DNA of 64,000 nucleotides from Veleropilina oligotropha (GCA_048128005.1 JBEUKZ010000075.1:124001-188000), one strand, 5' to 3'; positions 1 to 10,697 are shown, counted from the stretch's first letter. Notes: generated by a model from the sequence alone, not told the origin. Numbers and translations: made by a program.

Positions 1-1076
1 CATATTTTTGTATATACAACGTTTGATATTTGTCCGTGTTGCCTTTCCATTTTAAGCCTACATTTTTCATGTTTCATATTTATGCAATTTTTCTATTCAT
101 GTTTGACCTTGAGTATTTTAAGAATTTTTGCTGCTTGCCATTCTACCGTTATGCACGGCGTATATAAGTGGGTGTTGTTATCGCCTTAATTAAATTAATC
201 TCAAAAACATTTTGTGATTTGATTGATATTATGATTATGATTTTCATATTATATCAACAAATATATTTTTGGGGAAAGTTATTGCTAGTATATGTTGAAA
301 TATTCATTGAATAATATTTAAAGTTATATTTTTAACATACACGTATACAAACTTAAATATAGACATTGGGTTATTCGCGACATTTTATTAAAAATATTGT
401 TTAGCAGGTATACAACTTTATATTTTTTCTGTAAAGAATTTCAGAGACATATTTTTAGTATTTGACAAAATGAATATGGCATCAGATTGCAATATATTAA
501 TCTGGCACCTGCATTCAATTTATTGTATAAAATACAGTATTAACAACTTAACATACGTACAAGTTTAATACAGCATTTAGTGTCATTATATGAAATCTTC
601 TGTATATCGATTCTGAAGGAGTTTGAATTGGTTCTTTGATCCCTCATTGTATCTCTAATTGCATCAAAATAAAGTTAATAAGTTTAAATTAGTTTAAATT
701 AGTTTTTAATAAATTAAGTACAATATTAATGTTAGATTACACTGGCATAAATGATATTTTATCTTTCCTCTTTCTTACTCACCAATTAACATAAGTTTTC
801 CCTTGTCACTTATTTATATAATCTTCTATTTATGAATTTCAGATATGTGATTTACAGCATTATTGTAAATAACAACACCTGCCAGTGGAGACACTTACAG
901 TATGCATGCATGCAATGCGGTTCATGAACATTGTCTTTATATTTGTGTACACTTTTCATCATGCAAACATTTCTCTCATTTAATTTTTTCAAGTATCTGT
1001 ATTGTGATATCTTATTACATATCTATCACAAGTAGTGAAACTGTGAAAATAAAAGGGATAATGAAACTTGCACTGT

Positions 1077-1247
1077 TTTATATTTCAGTGGTAGATGAGG
1101 ATGCAGATGTTTATATTTCATTGGTAGATGAGGACGCAGATGTTTATATTTCATTGGTAGATGAGGACGCAGATGTTTATATTTCATTGGTAGATGAGGA
1201 CGCAGATGTTTATATTTCATTGGTAGATGAGGACGCAGATGTTTATA
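1077..1247. repeat. 33-bp minisatellite, about 5 copies
   Basis: Unit TTTATATTTCATTGGTAGATGAGGACGCAGATG in tandem; explains the repetitive ORFs 902..1285 and 1026..1220. Confidence 0.95.
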
Positions 1248-1286
1248 TTACAATCCTTACCATGAGCTTGATATCTGAACAATAGT

Positions 1287-1546
1287 GGCCGCTTCGGCAG
1301 CGCAGTGGGTAGAGTGTCCACTCTAAATTCACTGGCTTGATTCCGCTAATGCGAACAGTAGTGGGTTCAATACCTGGCTGAGGCATTGACATCTGTTCAA
1401 GTTATGAAGCACAGTTGTCCGTGACTGGCCGAAGAGGGCAGGTTTACCCGGGCGACCGGGGTGTCCTCCCGCGATAACACGGACATGTCCTTCCTTGAAC
1501 CTCGATGTTGTAAATATACAGGATATTAAGCATAATTCCTCCTCCT
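1287..1546 (+). mobile_element. tRNA-derived SINE, full-length copy
   Basis: A-box-like GGCAGCGCAGTGG, B-box-like GGTTCAATACC, V-domain-like core GGTTTACCCGGGCGACCGGGGTGTCCTCCC, (CCT)n tail; at least 4 related copies in the window. Confidence 0.85.
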
Positions 1547-1724
1547 GTTCCATTATTCCAGGTAATGGGAATAACTCGGGAAACACTCAGCAATTGGTCT
1601 TAACAAAGGAATTGAGGATCAGACTCCTTGAATGGAAGAGCCCACTGTTTCATATCGCGCTCATGGGGTGATATTATGAGCGATTCCATGTTTTAAGGGG
1701 TTAGTTTTACAATCGACTTTCATG

Positions 1725-1833
1725 CTGTGCATGATAGATAACACATTGACACCCCTCAACGATATTCACATAACGCCTCGAGATATGCTTGATATCTCTC
1801 AGGGGTGGCAGTGTATTATCTATTATGTATCAT
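1725..1833. repeat. Short palindromic MITE-like element, with a partial second copy near 2153-2220
   Basis: ATGATAGATAACACATTGACACCCCT ... AGGGGTGGCAGTGTATTATCTATTAT imperfect inverted arms. Confidence 0.5.
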
Positions 1834-2332
1834 TATGTTATGATAGCAACTGCCTCATCATTGTTGTGACCGACTAAGGTTGGCAAACCAGATTGTCTAT
1901 ATATAATCTTCCCTTGATATATTAACATATCATGAGCTTGATGTATGAACAATATGACTCATCATGTCAGTTGTTCCATTTAGCAGCCCAAACAATGGGA
2001 TTAACTATGGTTGGGACTAGGAGCTGAATTCACAAGTCGTCAGCACAATTTCACTGGAAGAATAGACTCTCATATCACACTCTAGGGCCTGATATCATGA
2101 GCAATTCCATGTTTTAAGGGATAACAGCTTGCAATTAACAGTATGTACGTCAGATTATACATTGACACCCCTCGGCGATATCTACATAATGCCCCCCGCT
2201 ACGTTGTGCCTGATATCGGTTTTCTTTAAATAGAGTTATTGAACATATTATGTGGTCTATTTGCGATGTGATTCTCTTGCCTTTAACCTCACGTCACTGC
2301 TTCAACAAGAAGGAGTAAACTCATAGTCAAAG

Positions 2333-2440
2333 GGGGGGGGACTAGGGGGTTTTGAAATAAGTTAGGGGGGCCCGGGGCGATCGGGGAGGCTCCCAGCCCT
2401 ATTTCAGAACTGAGGGGGCTCGTATTCTATACCCCCCGGG
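2333..2440 (+). repeat. Left terminal inverted repeat (~108 bp)
   Basis: GGGGGGGGACTAGGGGGTTTTGAAATAAG...TATACCCCCCGGG is the reverse complement of 18320-18428 apart from G-run lengths and one substitution. Confidence 0.95.
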
Positions 2441-2900
2441 GCATTTTAGTAGAATCCGGGGGGGGGGCTCCCAGCACCGTCCGAAACTAGGGTAGCTTAG
2501 AATCGTCAGTAAGGGGGGTCATTTTATAAGAATGGGCCAGCGCCGTCCGAAACTAGTGGGACTAGGGCAGTTAGGAATAGTCTATTTGGGCTACGGCCCA
2601 GGGGGTTAAATTAAAACACTTACCTGTGGACATTTCGGCCCCTCCAGCAGGCCTTGTAATCTATGAATATCCTCTCTTTAGTTTTTTTGGTATGTAGTGT
2701 CCCTGCGGTTTTTGGCTATAGCCAGTTCAAGTCTCTGCACAGCAGCCAAGTCGTCAAAACAGATTTTTTTCAAGCCGATACATTGGTCGTCAGCCATTTC
2801 GGCTTGTGAGGCCTCGTCAGAGTATCTGGTAGATACTGATGGCCCCGACTGACCAAGTTATGGTGGTGTGTCGGGTGCCTGGTTCTGTTGTTAAGTTTGC

Positions 2901-3188
2901 CTATTCATCGTCCTTCAGTAGGTTTTGCAGCCTGCGTACATCTGCGGCTGCTGCATCATGCGCAATTTCAAGCTCACGTAGTTTTTCGAGCATATTTTTC
3001 ACTCTCCACTTGGTTATTTTCATGTTTTGATATAATTTGTCCCTACGGTTTTTGGTTCGGGTCAGTTCCAGTCTTGTCGCATTTTTAGATACACGATTAT
3101 CGGCGGCTTCTTCATGAAGAAAGTTCTCTACAAAACCACGTTGTCGATCCATTATCAAACTAAGCAGTTTTGTTGAAATGCTATCCAT
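2901..3188 (-). CDS. Small basic coiled-coil viral protein (95 aa)
   Basis: ATG-started ORF with TATA-like sequences upstream; a degenerate paralogue lies just downstream (2630-2797). Confidence 0.55.
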   Translation of the reverse strand: MDSISTKLLSLIMDRQRGFVENFLHEEAADNRVSKNATRLELTRTKNRRDKLYQNMKITKWRVKNMLEKLRELEIAHDAAAADVRRLQNLLKDDE

Positions 3189-3290
3189 TTGTATGTGACT
3201 CTATACGTTGTGCGGAGCTTATATAGTTTCTCTTGTGCGTTCTGCAGCCTTCTAGATCAGTTTATTGCCACGCACCCATTGCCACGTATC

Positions 3291-3407
3291 CATCCCCTAT
3301 ATATAACTTCTTGACGATCTCTGTTCATTCTAGAAGCTTTACATAGAATTTCCACGTACTCATCCCCTATATATAACTTCTTGACGATCTCTGTTCATTC
3401 TAGAAGT
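3291..3407. promoter_or_regulatory. 70-bp-period direct duplication carrying TATA boxes
   Basis: CATCCCCTATATATAACTTCTTGACGATCTCTGTTCATTCTAGAAG at 3291 and 3361. Confidence 0.55.
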
Positions 3408-3900
3408 TTTATTACCAACTCATCGTGACGTATACAATGACTCAACGAGAAAACTGTAACCGAAAAAATTTCTCGTAACGAAACTTTGCGAATTCAAAAC
3501 ATTGGTTACCGATTTTTTGTTGACCAAGCTTTTTTCTGGGTCAACTTCGGCTAGAAACGCATCGCTACACGGAAGCTATTTGCTTGTGTTAGCAACGACA
3601 GTAGACGGCTGAATGGGCATTCAACGCAAACAAAAGGCGATTCATAACACCGATAAGCTAAGAATAAACGCAACCAGGATGCAAAGTTAATCAATACCAT
3701 TGATAGCGGGCGAGGTATTTGTACAGCAACAATACTATGAATATATGCGGCTAGGTGATTGTTTCGCACACGGATATATCGTTTGATAGCGTGGAAGAGC
3801 AGCGGGCATGAATGAGACAACAGCAGACGGGCTGAATGGACTATGAATAGTCGCTGGGGGAAGCCTGAAAATATGTTTGAGGCCGGGGAATCCCCAGCTA

Positions 3901-4329
3901 TTAAATGAATATGAAGTTCCCCGATATTAACGTGCAGTTGCACGACGGCTGGTGTCCGATTTTTCTCCACGCACCGAGGCAGCCAGACAGCATGGTGTAA
4001 TACTGCCCATTTTTGCCAGGACATAGGGAGGGAGCCGAACACTGGACACATGTGACAGTATCTGGGGGTGTGGGGGGGCCACATTCATTCTCCCCGATAA
4101 CATAGTAGTGACACGACGGTGGGGGGGCATCAGGGGGGTCTCCCAGGCGTAGTAGCAAGTTTCTCCGCAAGGGGTCTAGCCGTATGTTGTACCTGGGGTC
4201 GTTGCGGTACCTAGCCCACGTGTGTTCGAGAATTAATGCGGTGTTGTGTGTCGATGCGCCCTGGGTGGTGGCACCCGCTAGCCAGCACACCGCGGCAATA
4301 CACAGTACCATGGATTTCATGGATTTCAT
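3901..4329 (-). CDS. Secreted cysteine-rich viral protein (~142 aa)
   Basis: Signal-peptide-like MKSMVLCIAAVCWLAGATTQG; 8 Cys in the C-terminal half including CxxC and terminal CxC. Confidence 0.65.
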   Translation of the reverse strand: MKSMKSMVLCIAAVCWLAGATTQGASTHNTALILEHTWARYRNDPRYNIRLDPLRRNLLLRLGDPPDAPPPSCHYYVIGENECGPPTPPDTVTCVQCSAPSLCPGKNGQYYTMLSGCLGAWRKIGHQPSCNCTLISGNFIFI

Positions 4330-4426
4330 GGCTTGTCCAGATATCACTGTCTGAGTTCGAGCTTTAATACGGGGGAGGGGGAGAGGGAGAGGGGGTAGTC
4401 CCCCACCCCACGCTCAACCTGGATGG

Positions 4427-5065
4427 TTAATCGCCAACTCCGAGTTTTTTCATTAATTCCGCGCGTCCCTCTTTACGACCACGCTCAAGAAGCTCGCTGT
4501 GGGTCTGTGAAACCGCGGTGTGCGCCTTTAGACTTTTGAGATGCAGGGTGGCTTTCATTGTCCGATATTTGGCCATCTCGTCTGTGACTAGTTGGAATTC
4601 GTTGTCAGACATCTCCCCATCCGCTAGGGCCTTTGACACGTGGTCATTTATGGTGTTCAGCTTGCTTTCGGCCAGTACTCGTATCTCGTCGTGCTTCTGA
4701 GCCTTCACTTGGAGGCGGCGGCTAATGTATTTCCCACCCATACTTGCGAGCCCACACCCTAACGCCGCTAATTCCAGCACTAGGACAACAGGGGCCGCAA
4801 CGATCGTGGACAACAGTCCGATGCCGGCGCCACCCATACCAAGGGTGGCCACGACCAGGGCCGAGTCAATCCCGTCAACGACATTAACGCCTCGTCGGTA
4901 CTTCTTGTACAGGGCAGCCCTTGTGTGTCTCTCTCGTTCTAGCTGTCCCTGAAGCTCATTCACTTTCTGTAGTCGGAAAGACTGTGCCTTCGGCAGTTCC
5001 GAAGGCACCTCGCCACCAAGTTGTGGGTACGGCGTTGGCGCTGGCACTGAGGGTTTGTTGTCCAT
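4427..5065 (-). CDS. Viral membrane protein with a central hydrophobic hairpin and flanking helices (212 aa)
   Basis: Intact ORF; FRLQKVNEL..LYKKY, Gly-rich hydrophobic stretch, KH.EI..LAESKLNTI...VSKAL.DG..S..EF pattern that I recognise from animal Polinton-like elements. Confidence 0.8.
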   Translation of the reverse strand: MDNKPSVPAPTPYPQLGGEVPSELPKAQSFRLQKVNELQGQLERERHTRAALYKKYRRGVNVVDGIDSALVVATLGMGGAGIGLLSTIVAAPVVLVLELAALGCGLASMGGKYISRRLQVKAQKHDEIRVLAESKLNTINDHVSKALADGEMSDNEFQLVTDEMAKYRTMKATLHLKSLKAHTAVSQTHSELLERGRKEGRAELMKKLGVGD

Positions 5066-5427
5066 TATTCGTGGCTGTACTGTTCAGCCTGTTGATTCCA
5101 AATGTATACCGTAACGTTAAAATACAGGGTGCCCACCCACGGGGCCTTGATGGTGAAGGCGAGGGCCAACTTGTCCGAACCCAGGCCAAGGCTATTTATG
5201 GAACACGCTTTGGGGGCGCCCCCGGCCGGCTGGACCGGCGTCAGGTGGATCATTAGAAGGGCTGGGTTCAACCCAAACCGACCTCCAGTGTTTGGAATCG
5301 TGAACTCCCTCCTCGCCAGCCCCTTCTTGGGCGCTTCCCCACAATTAAGAACGAAGTGCCACCGGGTCGGGGAAGGCTCATCTGCAAGCAGGGGGGGGAG
5401 GGTGGTCCCATAGATGCTGGTGCTCAT
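5065..5427 (-). CDS. Small beta-rich protein after the penton gene, possible spike/fibre-like protein (120 aa)
   Basis: ATGA overlap with the penton stop and TAATG overlap with the next gene; alternating hydrophobic beta pattern. Confidence 0.6.
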   Translation of the reverse strand: MSTSIYGTTLPPLLADEPSPTRWHFVLNCGEAPKKGLARREFTIPNTGGRFGLNPALLMIHLTPVQPAGGAPKACSINSLGLGSDKLALAFTIKAPWVGTLYFNVTVYIWNQQAEQYSHE

Positions 5428-6158
5428 TGTATCTCGAGGACTGCGGAAATAGGCATACCGTGATTGTTGAGCGGGTTACCATCTGAGTCTGTGATGTACA
5501 CCTTTAATTCTGTGAGTGACCCGGCCTGTAGTCGCCGGAAGTCGGGATACCTATGATAGTGGGCAGCCTCACCGAACACCTGCGACGTTATGGGGACCAC
5601 CGCGAGAATATTGCTAGGGGCGCCGTCCTTCATATTGTGTGTTGTACTGAGCTGCTCCAGGTGAACGTGTAGGGTCGCTGCAATGGCAAACCCGACAGGC
5701 TTGTCCCCGTCATAAGTCCCGGGGCGTAGCCACTCGGATCTCTCCGGAGGAGGTCGGCCCCGTACTCCTCGAAGGGGTGGGTGCGGATTCCCCGATTTAT
5801 CGAGAATAAACGAAGAAAGATTTAAGCCGAGGAGCTTCCGTATATCGTTGCTTATCGCGAGTCGAGTCCCCTCTGGGACAACGATTTGCGCGAGTCACGT
5901 AGCATGGCTTGCCTCTAGCTGTATGTTAACTAGCGACCTCGCCATTGTCTTGGCGAGGGAATCGAAGCTGTAGAAACCCGGTGCTACCTCCACAGTGGTA
6001 TTGGGGGTTTGGAAGAAGGCTCCTGCGTGGACATTATGCCAACCGACCCAATAGTCGAGCGAGCGCAGGCCGATGCATAGCTTGCCTTCCCGGTTATCAA
6101 TCGGCTGCAGGAGGGCAACCGCGGTCCCCGTTTGAACGTTTGTTACGGTGTGAAACAT
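5424..6158 (-). pseudogene. Minor capsid protein (penton), 244 codons with one internal TGA at 5895-5897
   Basis: ORFs 5895..6158 and 5424..5633 are one frame, open after the TGA. C-terminus LHVHLEQL...SNILAVVP...LTELKVYITDSDGNPLN.HG.PISAVLEI matches the Polinton penton pattern. Confidence 0.75.
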
Positions 6159-6162
6159 AGCT

Positions 6163-7452
6163 ATGGCTAAGAGCGCCTTTGCTTTTAATAGGAGTGCAGC
6201 CTATTCGACCGGTGTGGTGTACCCAGCCCGGATAAAGGATGAGCAGCTTACAAAACCACGCGTCGTTGTCTCCTCGTCTGAATCTCCCCATCCTGCATTC
6301 GGGGCAGACTACCCCGATGTCTTCCAACAATACCGCCTCCCTCATGTCGCGAGTGATCGGCTAATATGGGATTGGAACAGCACGCCCATGAGGTTCTGGC
6401 AGAACAAGGTAAACTTCGCAGTCTGGTGTGCCACAACAGGTTCCGGGATCTCCTCAGAAGACCACTTGAATGCGACCGACCCCCTCTCCAGAGCCGTATT
6501 CACCTTCCACGTCTACTATCAGGTCAGAAGGGTACTGACCGAAATTCAGGCGCCGCTGCCACAAGACAGGACGTGGGATGCATTCGACACCCCGTATGAT
6601 CGAAGGGCATATGAGAAGATCTGCAGCGAGTTTGGATTGTCTCCACATACCGACTGGCATGTCAAGGGTCCCAACGGCGGACTAGGCACCGCTTTCAGCT
6701 ACTGGACGAACAATGGCTACCACCCCATAGGACGTGAGTACGATCCCAGTCGTATGTCATTCACAAAAGGGACCACCAACACGAATCTGCACGTGGACTA
6801 CATCGCGCAAGCGCCTGCGCTTACAGACGGATGGGCTTCGTTTATTCTGGACACCTCGGCGGGGTTACGAGGGCCGGCGTGGAAAGGCTCAATGATTCCA
6901 TCAGGACCTACGTCTGGGCTATTCTTGGAGCGCAGGCTCAGACGCGTGCAAGTATTCTGGGTAGTGGGACGGCATTTGACGCGCAGAAACAGTTCCTGGC
7001 GAACGTGGAAGACGCCATCGCATCGCCAGTGGACCTCCCAGCAGCAATCAAACGGTACCAAGACGTTTTGCAGTATGCCATGTCCAAGGTGGACTTCGTA
7101 TTCGGCGTAGGCCTTTATATGGCGCCAAGTGACATGCTCCTGCGAATAGGGCAGGTGGCAGGGTATAACAACGAAATCGTAGTTGCCACGGAAGACCAGA
7201 CACTAGGTCTTAATATGGCTGTCAACGCGGCCAGTGTTCCACCCGACGCCACTGGGGAGACTGGAGAAACAGGACTGGTAATTCCACAAGACGAGGTCGC
7301 AGTCTTACGGGCAGCTGCTCCGAAGCATCCAAATGCTTCGCCGGCTGTGGCCGCCGGGGGGGGGGGGGGCAGCTGTGGCACATGACGAGGAGAAGACCAC
7401 ACTTATCGTGGGCGGCATTGTCGTTGGCCTAGCATTCATTTGGCTTACGTGA
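6163..7452 (+). pseudogene. Viral protein of unknown function with C-terminal TM anchor (~430 aa; frameshifts at ~6865 and in the G14 run 7356-7369)
   Basis: Joins 6163.. (FWQNKVNFAVWCATTG), 6831.. (TRAGVERLNDSIRTYVWAILGAQ) and the tail HDEEKTTLIVGGIVVGLAFIWLT* at 7381-7452. Confidence 0.7.
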
Positions 7453-8715
7453 CCCACTGTCTAGCGGCAATAAGAAGCAAGCCCCCCACAGATATAATCA
7501 CAGCCCACAGGTTCTCAGCAAGCCACGACGCACTCTTGCCAGGAAAGTAGGCTGCCAATCATGCCTGGGAGTGCGGCTGCCACCTTCCCTGCTAGTTTGC
7601 CTAGAATCCGACCCAGGTTCTGCAGCTGCTTTTTGACCCACTCCTTCATTCCCTGACCACTGGGAGGTGGTGGTGGTTGTGGTATGCTCGGCGCTCCGCC
7701 TGTTAGGGCTAGTACCAACGTCGAGATGGCCAACCCAATCGCGGTCAGTATGGTTACTATCGTGACCCCCCCTCACGGAATAGGGTCCGGATGCGCTCGG
7801 CGAGCGTTGTGTCTGAGTTGAGAATCCGACTTATCATCTCTCGGATCCGGCTGATTTGAGAGCGAAGGGCTTCTCGGCTGGACCCGGCTGCCTCTAGGCG
7901 AGCTGCTCGTTCATCCTGTAAGTTGCGAAGACGTTCCGCGATTCGTCGACGGACGAACTCCTCGACACCTCCTTCATCTGCCTGAGCGAGCTTCCTCTTC
8001 TCCAGCTCTATGTGTTCGTCCAGCGCCGTTAGCTTGGCCAGGTTGTTCGTGAGTTCGCCTCGAATGGTCTGCATCGCCTTGTCCAGCCCGCGAAGCTCAC
8101 GAAGATTTAAGGGGGGCCCCCCATCGTGCTCAAGATCTCATCAACCTCGGCGTCTGTGAACTTCGTCTCCATTGTGTGGATTGCAGATGCCGCATCTGTA
8201 GCGGTCTGCCCCAAGTCCCGCAGTTCCACGTTGTCTACGTTGGCCGCCGCGCCGCTCAACTCATTGTCGGCGGTCTGCAGAGCTGCAACGGCTTTGGAGG
8301 ACGGCTTTTTTTTCTCCCGCTTCCAGTCTACAAAACCCAACCCCTCCCTGATCGCTTTACCCCCACCTTTCCGGCTAGCTAGTGTTGACAGCGCCTTTGG
8401 TCTACCGTCTATAGTGAGATCGATGTCGGGGTAGTCCGTCATCACCAATTTTTTCCCCACGTACTTGAACTGGGAATAATCTCGCCCCGTGGCGGGGGTT
8501 TGCCCCTCCCGTGCCAGGGCGTCGTAGTAGTCATCAACCGCGTCCTTCACGAGCTTTTGCCGCTGACTGCTGGTTCCTTCCTGTGGCGCCGGCATAAACC
8601 GGTCGGTGGATCTATCCACATCAGTATCGTCGATGATGGTATCATCGTTGTCGATGAGATCATCGTTGTCGATGAGATTGTCAGGCTCGAATGCGGGGTT
8701 CGGGAATTCCGCCAT
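7445..8715 (-). pseudogene. Coiled-coil protein with C-terminal hydrophobic/amphipathic helices (~420 aa; three frame breaks)
   Basis: MAEFPNPAF.. acidic N-terminus; LRELRGLDKAMQTIRGELTNNLAKL coiled coil; GVTIVTILTAIGLAISTLVLALTGG, ALPGMIGSLLSW and WLAENLWAVIISVGGLLLIAA; breaks at 8111-8122, 7766-7772 and ~7540. Confidence 0.7.
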
Positions 8716-8758
8716 TTGAATACAAATGCTTAGATACGCATATAATTCAGACAACAAC

Positions 8759-10063
8759 ATGGCCAGCCTGTACGGATGCACGCTTGATCCATACCGCAGA
8801 CTGCGAGAGCCTCTTGGGGTCAAGGGTATCCGCCAATCTGTGACCATAACAAACAATCCATCCACTATTGCCGCCAACCAGCAGCTGTTGGTTCGGTTCC
8901 CTAATCTTGGGGCTCATGACGTGATCGTTCCAGGGACTGCCCACCTTGCATTCACAATTTCTCTGACCTCGGCTAACCCGAACAGAACCGTAGTTCAGAA
9001 CATTGGCCGCGCCGTGATAAAAAAGACCACGATAAAGATCAGTGGCAACGAAATCTTGTCGATTGACGACTCCGACGTTTATCATTGCTACTGTGACCTC
9101 TGGAAGACCCCACAGGAACGCAATAGCGCCCACTACCAGGGGATTTATACCAGCGACGGATGCAATACTACGAAAAATCGTGTCGGCGCAACCAACGCCT
9201 TCCGACTCTCCGAGGATTTGGCCATCTCGGACGCTTACGGTCCGAGGTTCCGCATCCCGCTGGATTTCGAGTTGCTGGAGAGCCATATGCCGTTCTACCA
9301 AAGTGCCCTTGGAGACCGTCTTGAGTACGAACTCACGTTCAATGATCACTCAAGGACGATCCGGGACACCGATGACCCCGGTTCCAGCTACAGCATCGAT
9401 AACATTAGCCTGGAGTATGACATGGTCACTAATCTTGATCTTGCCAGGCTGATTCGTAACCAGTACTCGGGCCGTATCGCCATCCTCTACGACCGTGTGC
9501 TCCGGCATCGCAAGGTCATCTGGGACAAGAGCGACACGCTGTGGAATCTTAATCTGAACGTTCCGACGAGGTCCATGAAGGGGATCCTACTTCTGTTTGA
9601 GGACCCCGCGAGAGACGCAAAACCATTTGCGAGGGACACCGAGGCCTTCTACAATCCGAAGATCACGAAGGTCGAGGTCACCATTGAGGGGGTCCCGAAT
9701 CAAATCTACAGCCAGGGCATGCGTTCCCACCAGATGTGGGACGAAGCCAGGAAGCTGTTCGCCTCCAACCCGATCAGCAAGCGGCATCCTGAGGTGGCGC
9801 TTGTTGCCAAGGATTTGGCTTTGGCAGACGTTACCCTGGGCCAGTTCTTGACGAAAAAGTTTGCCCTATGGATAGACCTGCGGGTCACCGACGACGACCA
9901 GCTGCACGGGTCAGGCCGGAAGGTAGATAACGGCAGTGAGGGTATCACCATCCAAATCACTAAGACGGGTGAAGCAGCCGGCCCGTTGAACGTTTACCAG
10001 TACGTGATCATGGACGCGCAGCTGAACATCGAGAATGGCCGATTTGTCACAGCGCTGTACTAG
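8759..10063 (+). CDS. Major capsid protein, putative double jelly-roll (434 aa from the ATG at 8759)
   Basis: Intact beta-rich ORF of MCP size directly upstream of the packaging ATPase; N-terminal PSTI..NQQL.VRFP and C-terminal FALWIDLR...LHGSG...GITIQI..Y.IMDAQLNI patterns seen in Polinton-like MCPs. Confidence 0.8.
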   Translation: MASLYGCTLDPYRRLREPLGVKGIRQSVTITNNPSTIAANQQLLVRFPNLGAHDVIVPGTAHLAFTISLTSANPNRTVVQNIGRAVIKKTTIKISGNEILSIDDSDVYHCYCDLWKTPQERNSAHYQGIYTSDGCNTTKNRVGATNAFRLSEDLAISDAYGPRFRIPLDFELLESHMPFYQSALGDRLEYELTFNDHSRTIRDTDDPGSSYSIDNISLEYDMVTNLDLARLIRNQYSGRIAILYDRVLRHRKVIWDKSDTLWNLNLNVPTRSMKGILLLFEDPARDAKPFARDTEAFYNPKITKVEVTIEGVPNQIYSQGMRSHQMWDEARKLFASNPISKRHPEVALVAKDLALADVTLGQFLTKKFALWIDLRVTDDDQLHGSGRKVDNGSEGITIQITKTGEAAGPLNVYQYVIMDAQLNIENGRFVTALY

Positions 10064-10697
10064 ACGGTTCCCGCACACCAAGGACCCCCACTCCGCGATC
10101 ATATGCGGCCAGACCGGTTGTGGGAAGACGGTTTTCATGCTTGAACTGCTGAAAGGAGTCTATCGGGGGGTGTTCCGGCACATCGAAATCCTCTGCCCCA
10201 CGATCAAGTACAACAAAGCCTACCAGTCCTGTCCATGGATCTGGACTGACCCTGAGGTGTACATAATCCCCCCTGGTGAGCGACTCCATGACTGGTTGCG
10301 GGGGTTCTACCGGCTTTTCCAGGGGGAGTCGACCCTGTATATAATCGACGACTGCGCGGCCAGCAAGGCCCTAGCTAAGAGACGGGACATGCTGACTGAG
10401 TTGGCCTTTAGCGGCAGGCATGCCGAGCAGAGTGTATGGGTAGTGACGCAAAAATACAACTCGGTCTTGAAGGAGCTGCGAGAGCAGACCCGCTGGGTCG
10501 CTTTGTTTCATTGCAAGGACCGAGATTCCTTCGAGGACTGTCTGCGCGAGAACGATGTAATCTCGTCGCAGGATGAGAGAACCGCGGTGCGAGGGCTGTT
10601 GGCCGAGACCCGACACCTCAAGCTTCTGTTGAAAACTGATCAGCCCGTTGCTTATAGTGTGTTGTACCTACTTGGCATCTCCTTGGCACCTACTTAG
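10035..10697 (+). CDS. A32/FtsK-HerA family DNA packaging ATPase
   Basis: Walker A GQTGCGKT, Walker B YIIDD, and SGRH and VVTQKY motifs typical of A32-like ATPases. Confidence 0.9.
   Translation: MADLSQRCTRRFPHTKDPHSAIICGQTGCGKTVFMLELLKGVYRGVFRHIEILCPTIKYNKAYQSCPWIWTDPEVYIIPPGERLHDWLRGFYRLFQGESTLYIIDDCAASKALAKRRDMLTELAFSGRHAEQSVWVVTQKYNSVLKELREQTRWVALFHCKDRDSFEDCLRENDVISSQDERTAVRGLLAETRHLKLLLKTDQPVAYSVLYLLGISLAPT

Noticed and set aside
902..1285. 127-aa ORF with VDEDADVYISL repeats
   Set aside because: Translation of a 33-bp minisatellite; no splice or homology support
3551..4084. 177-aa minus-strand ORF
   Set aside because: Overlaps the secreted-protein gene in another frame, has a non-ATG start and no motifs
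3901..4329. Calling the secreted protein IL-17
   Set aside because: Only a faint motif resemblance; the Cys spacing does not clearly match
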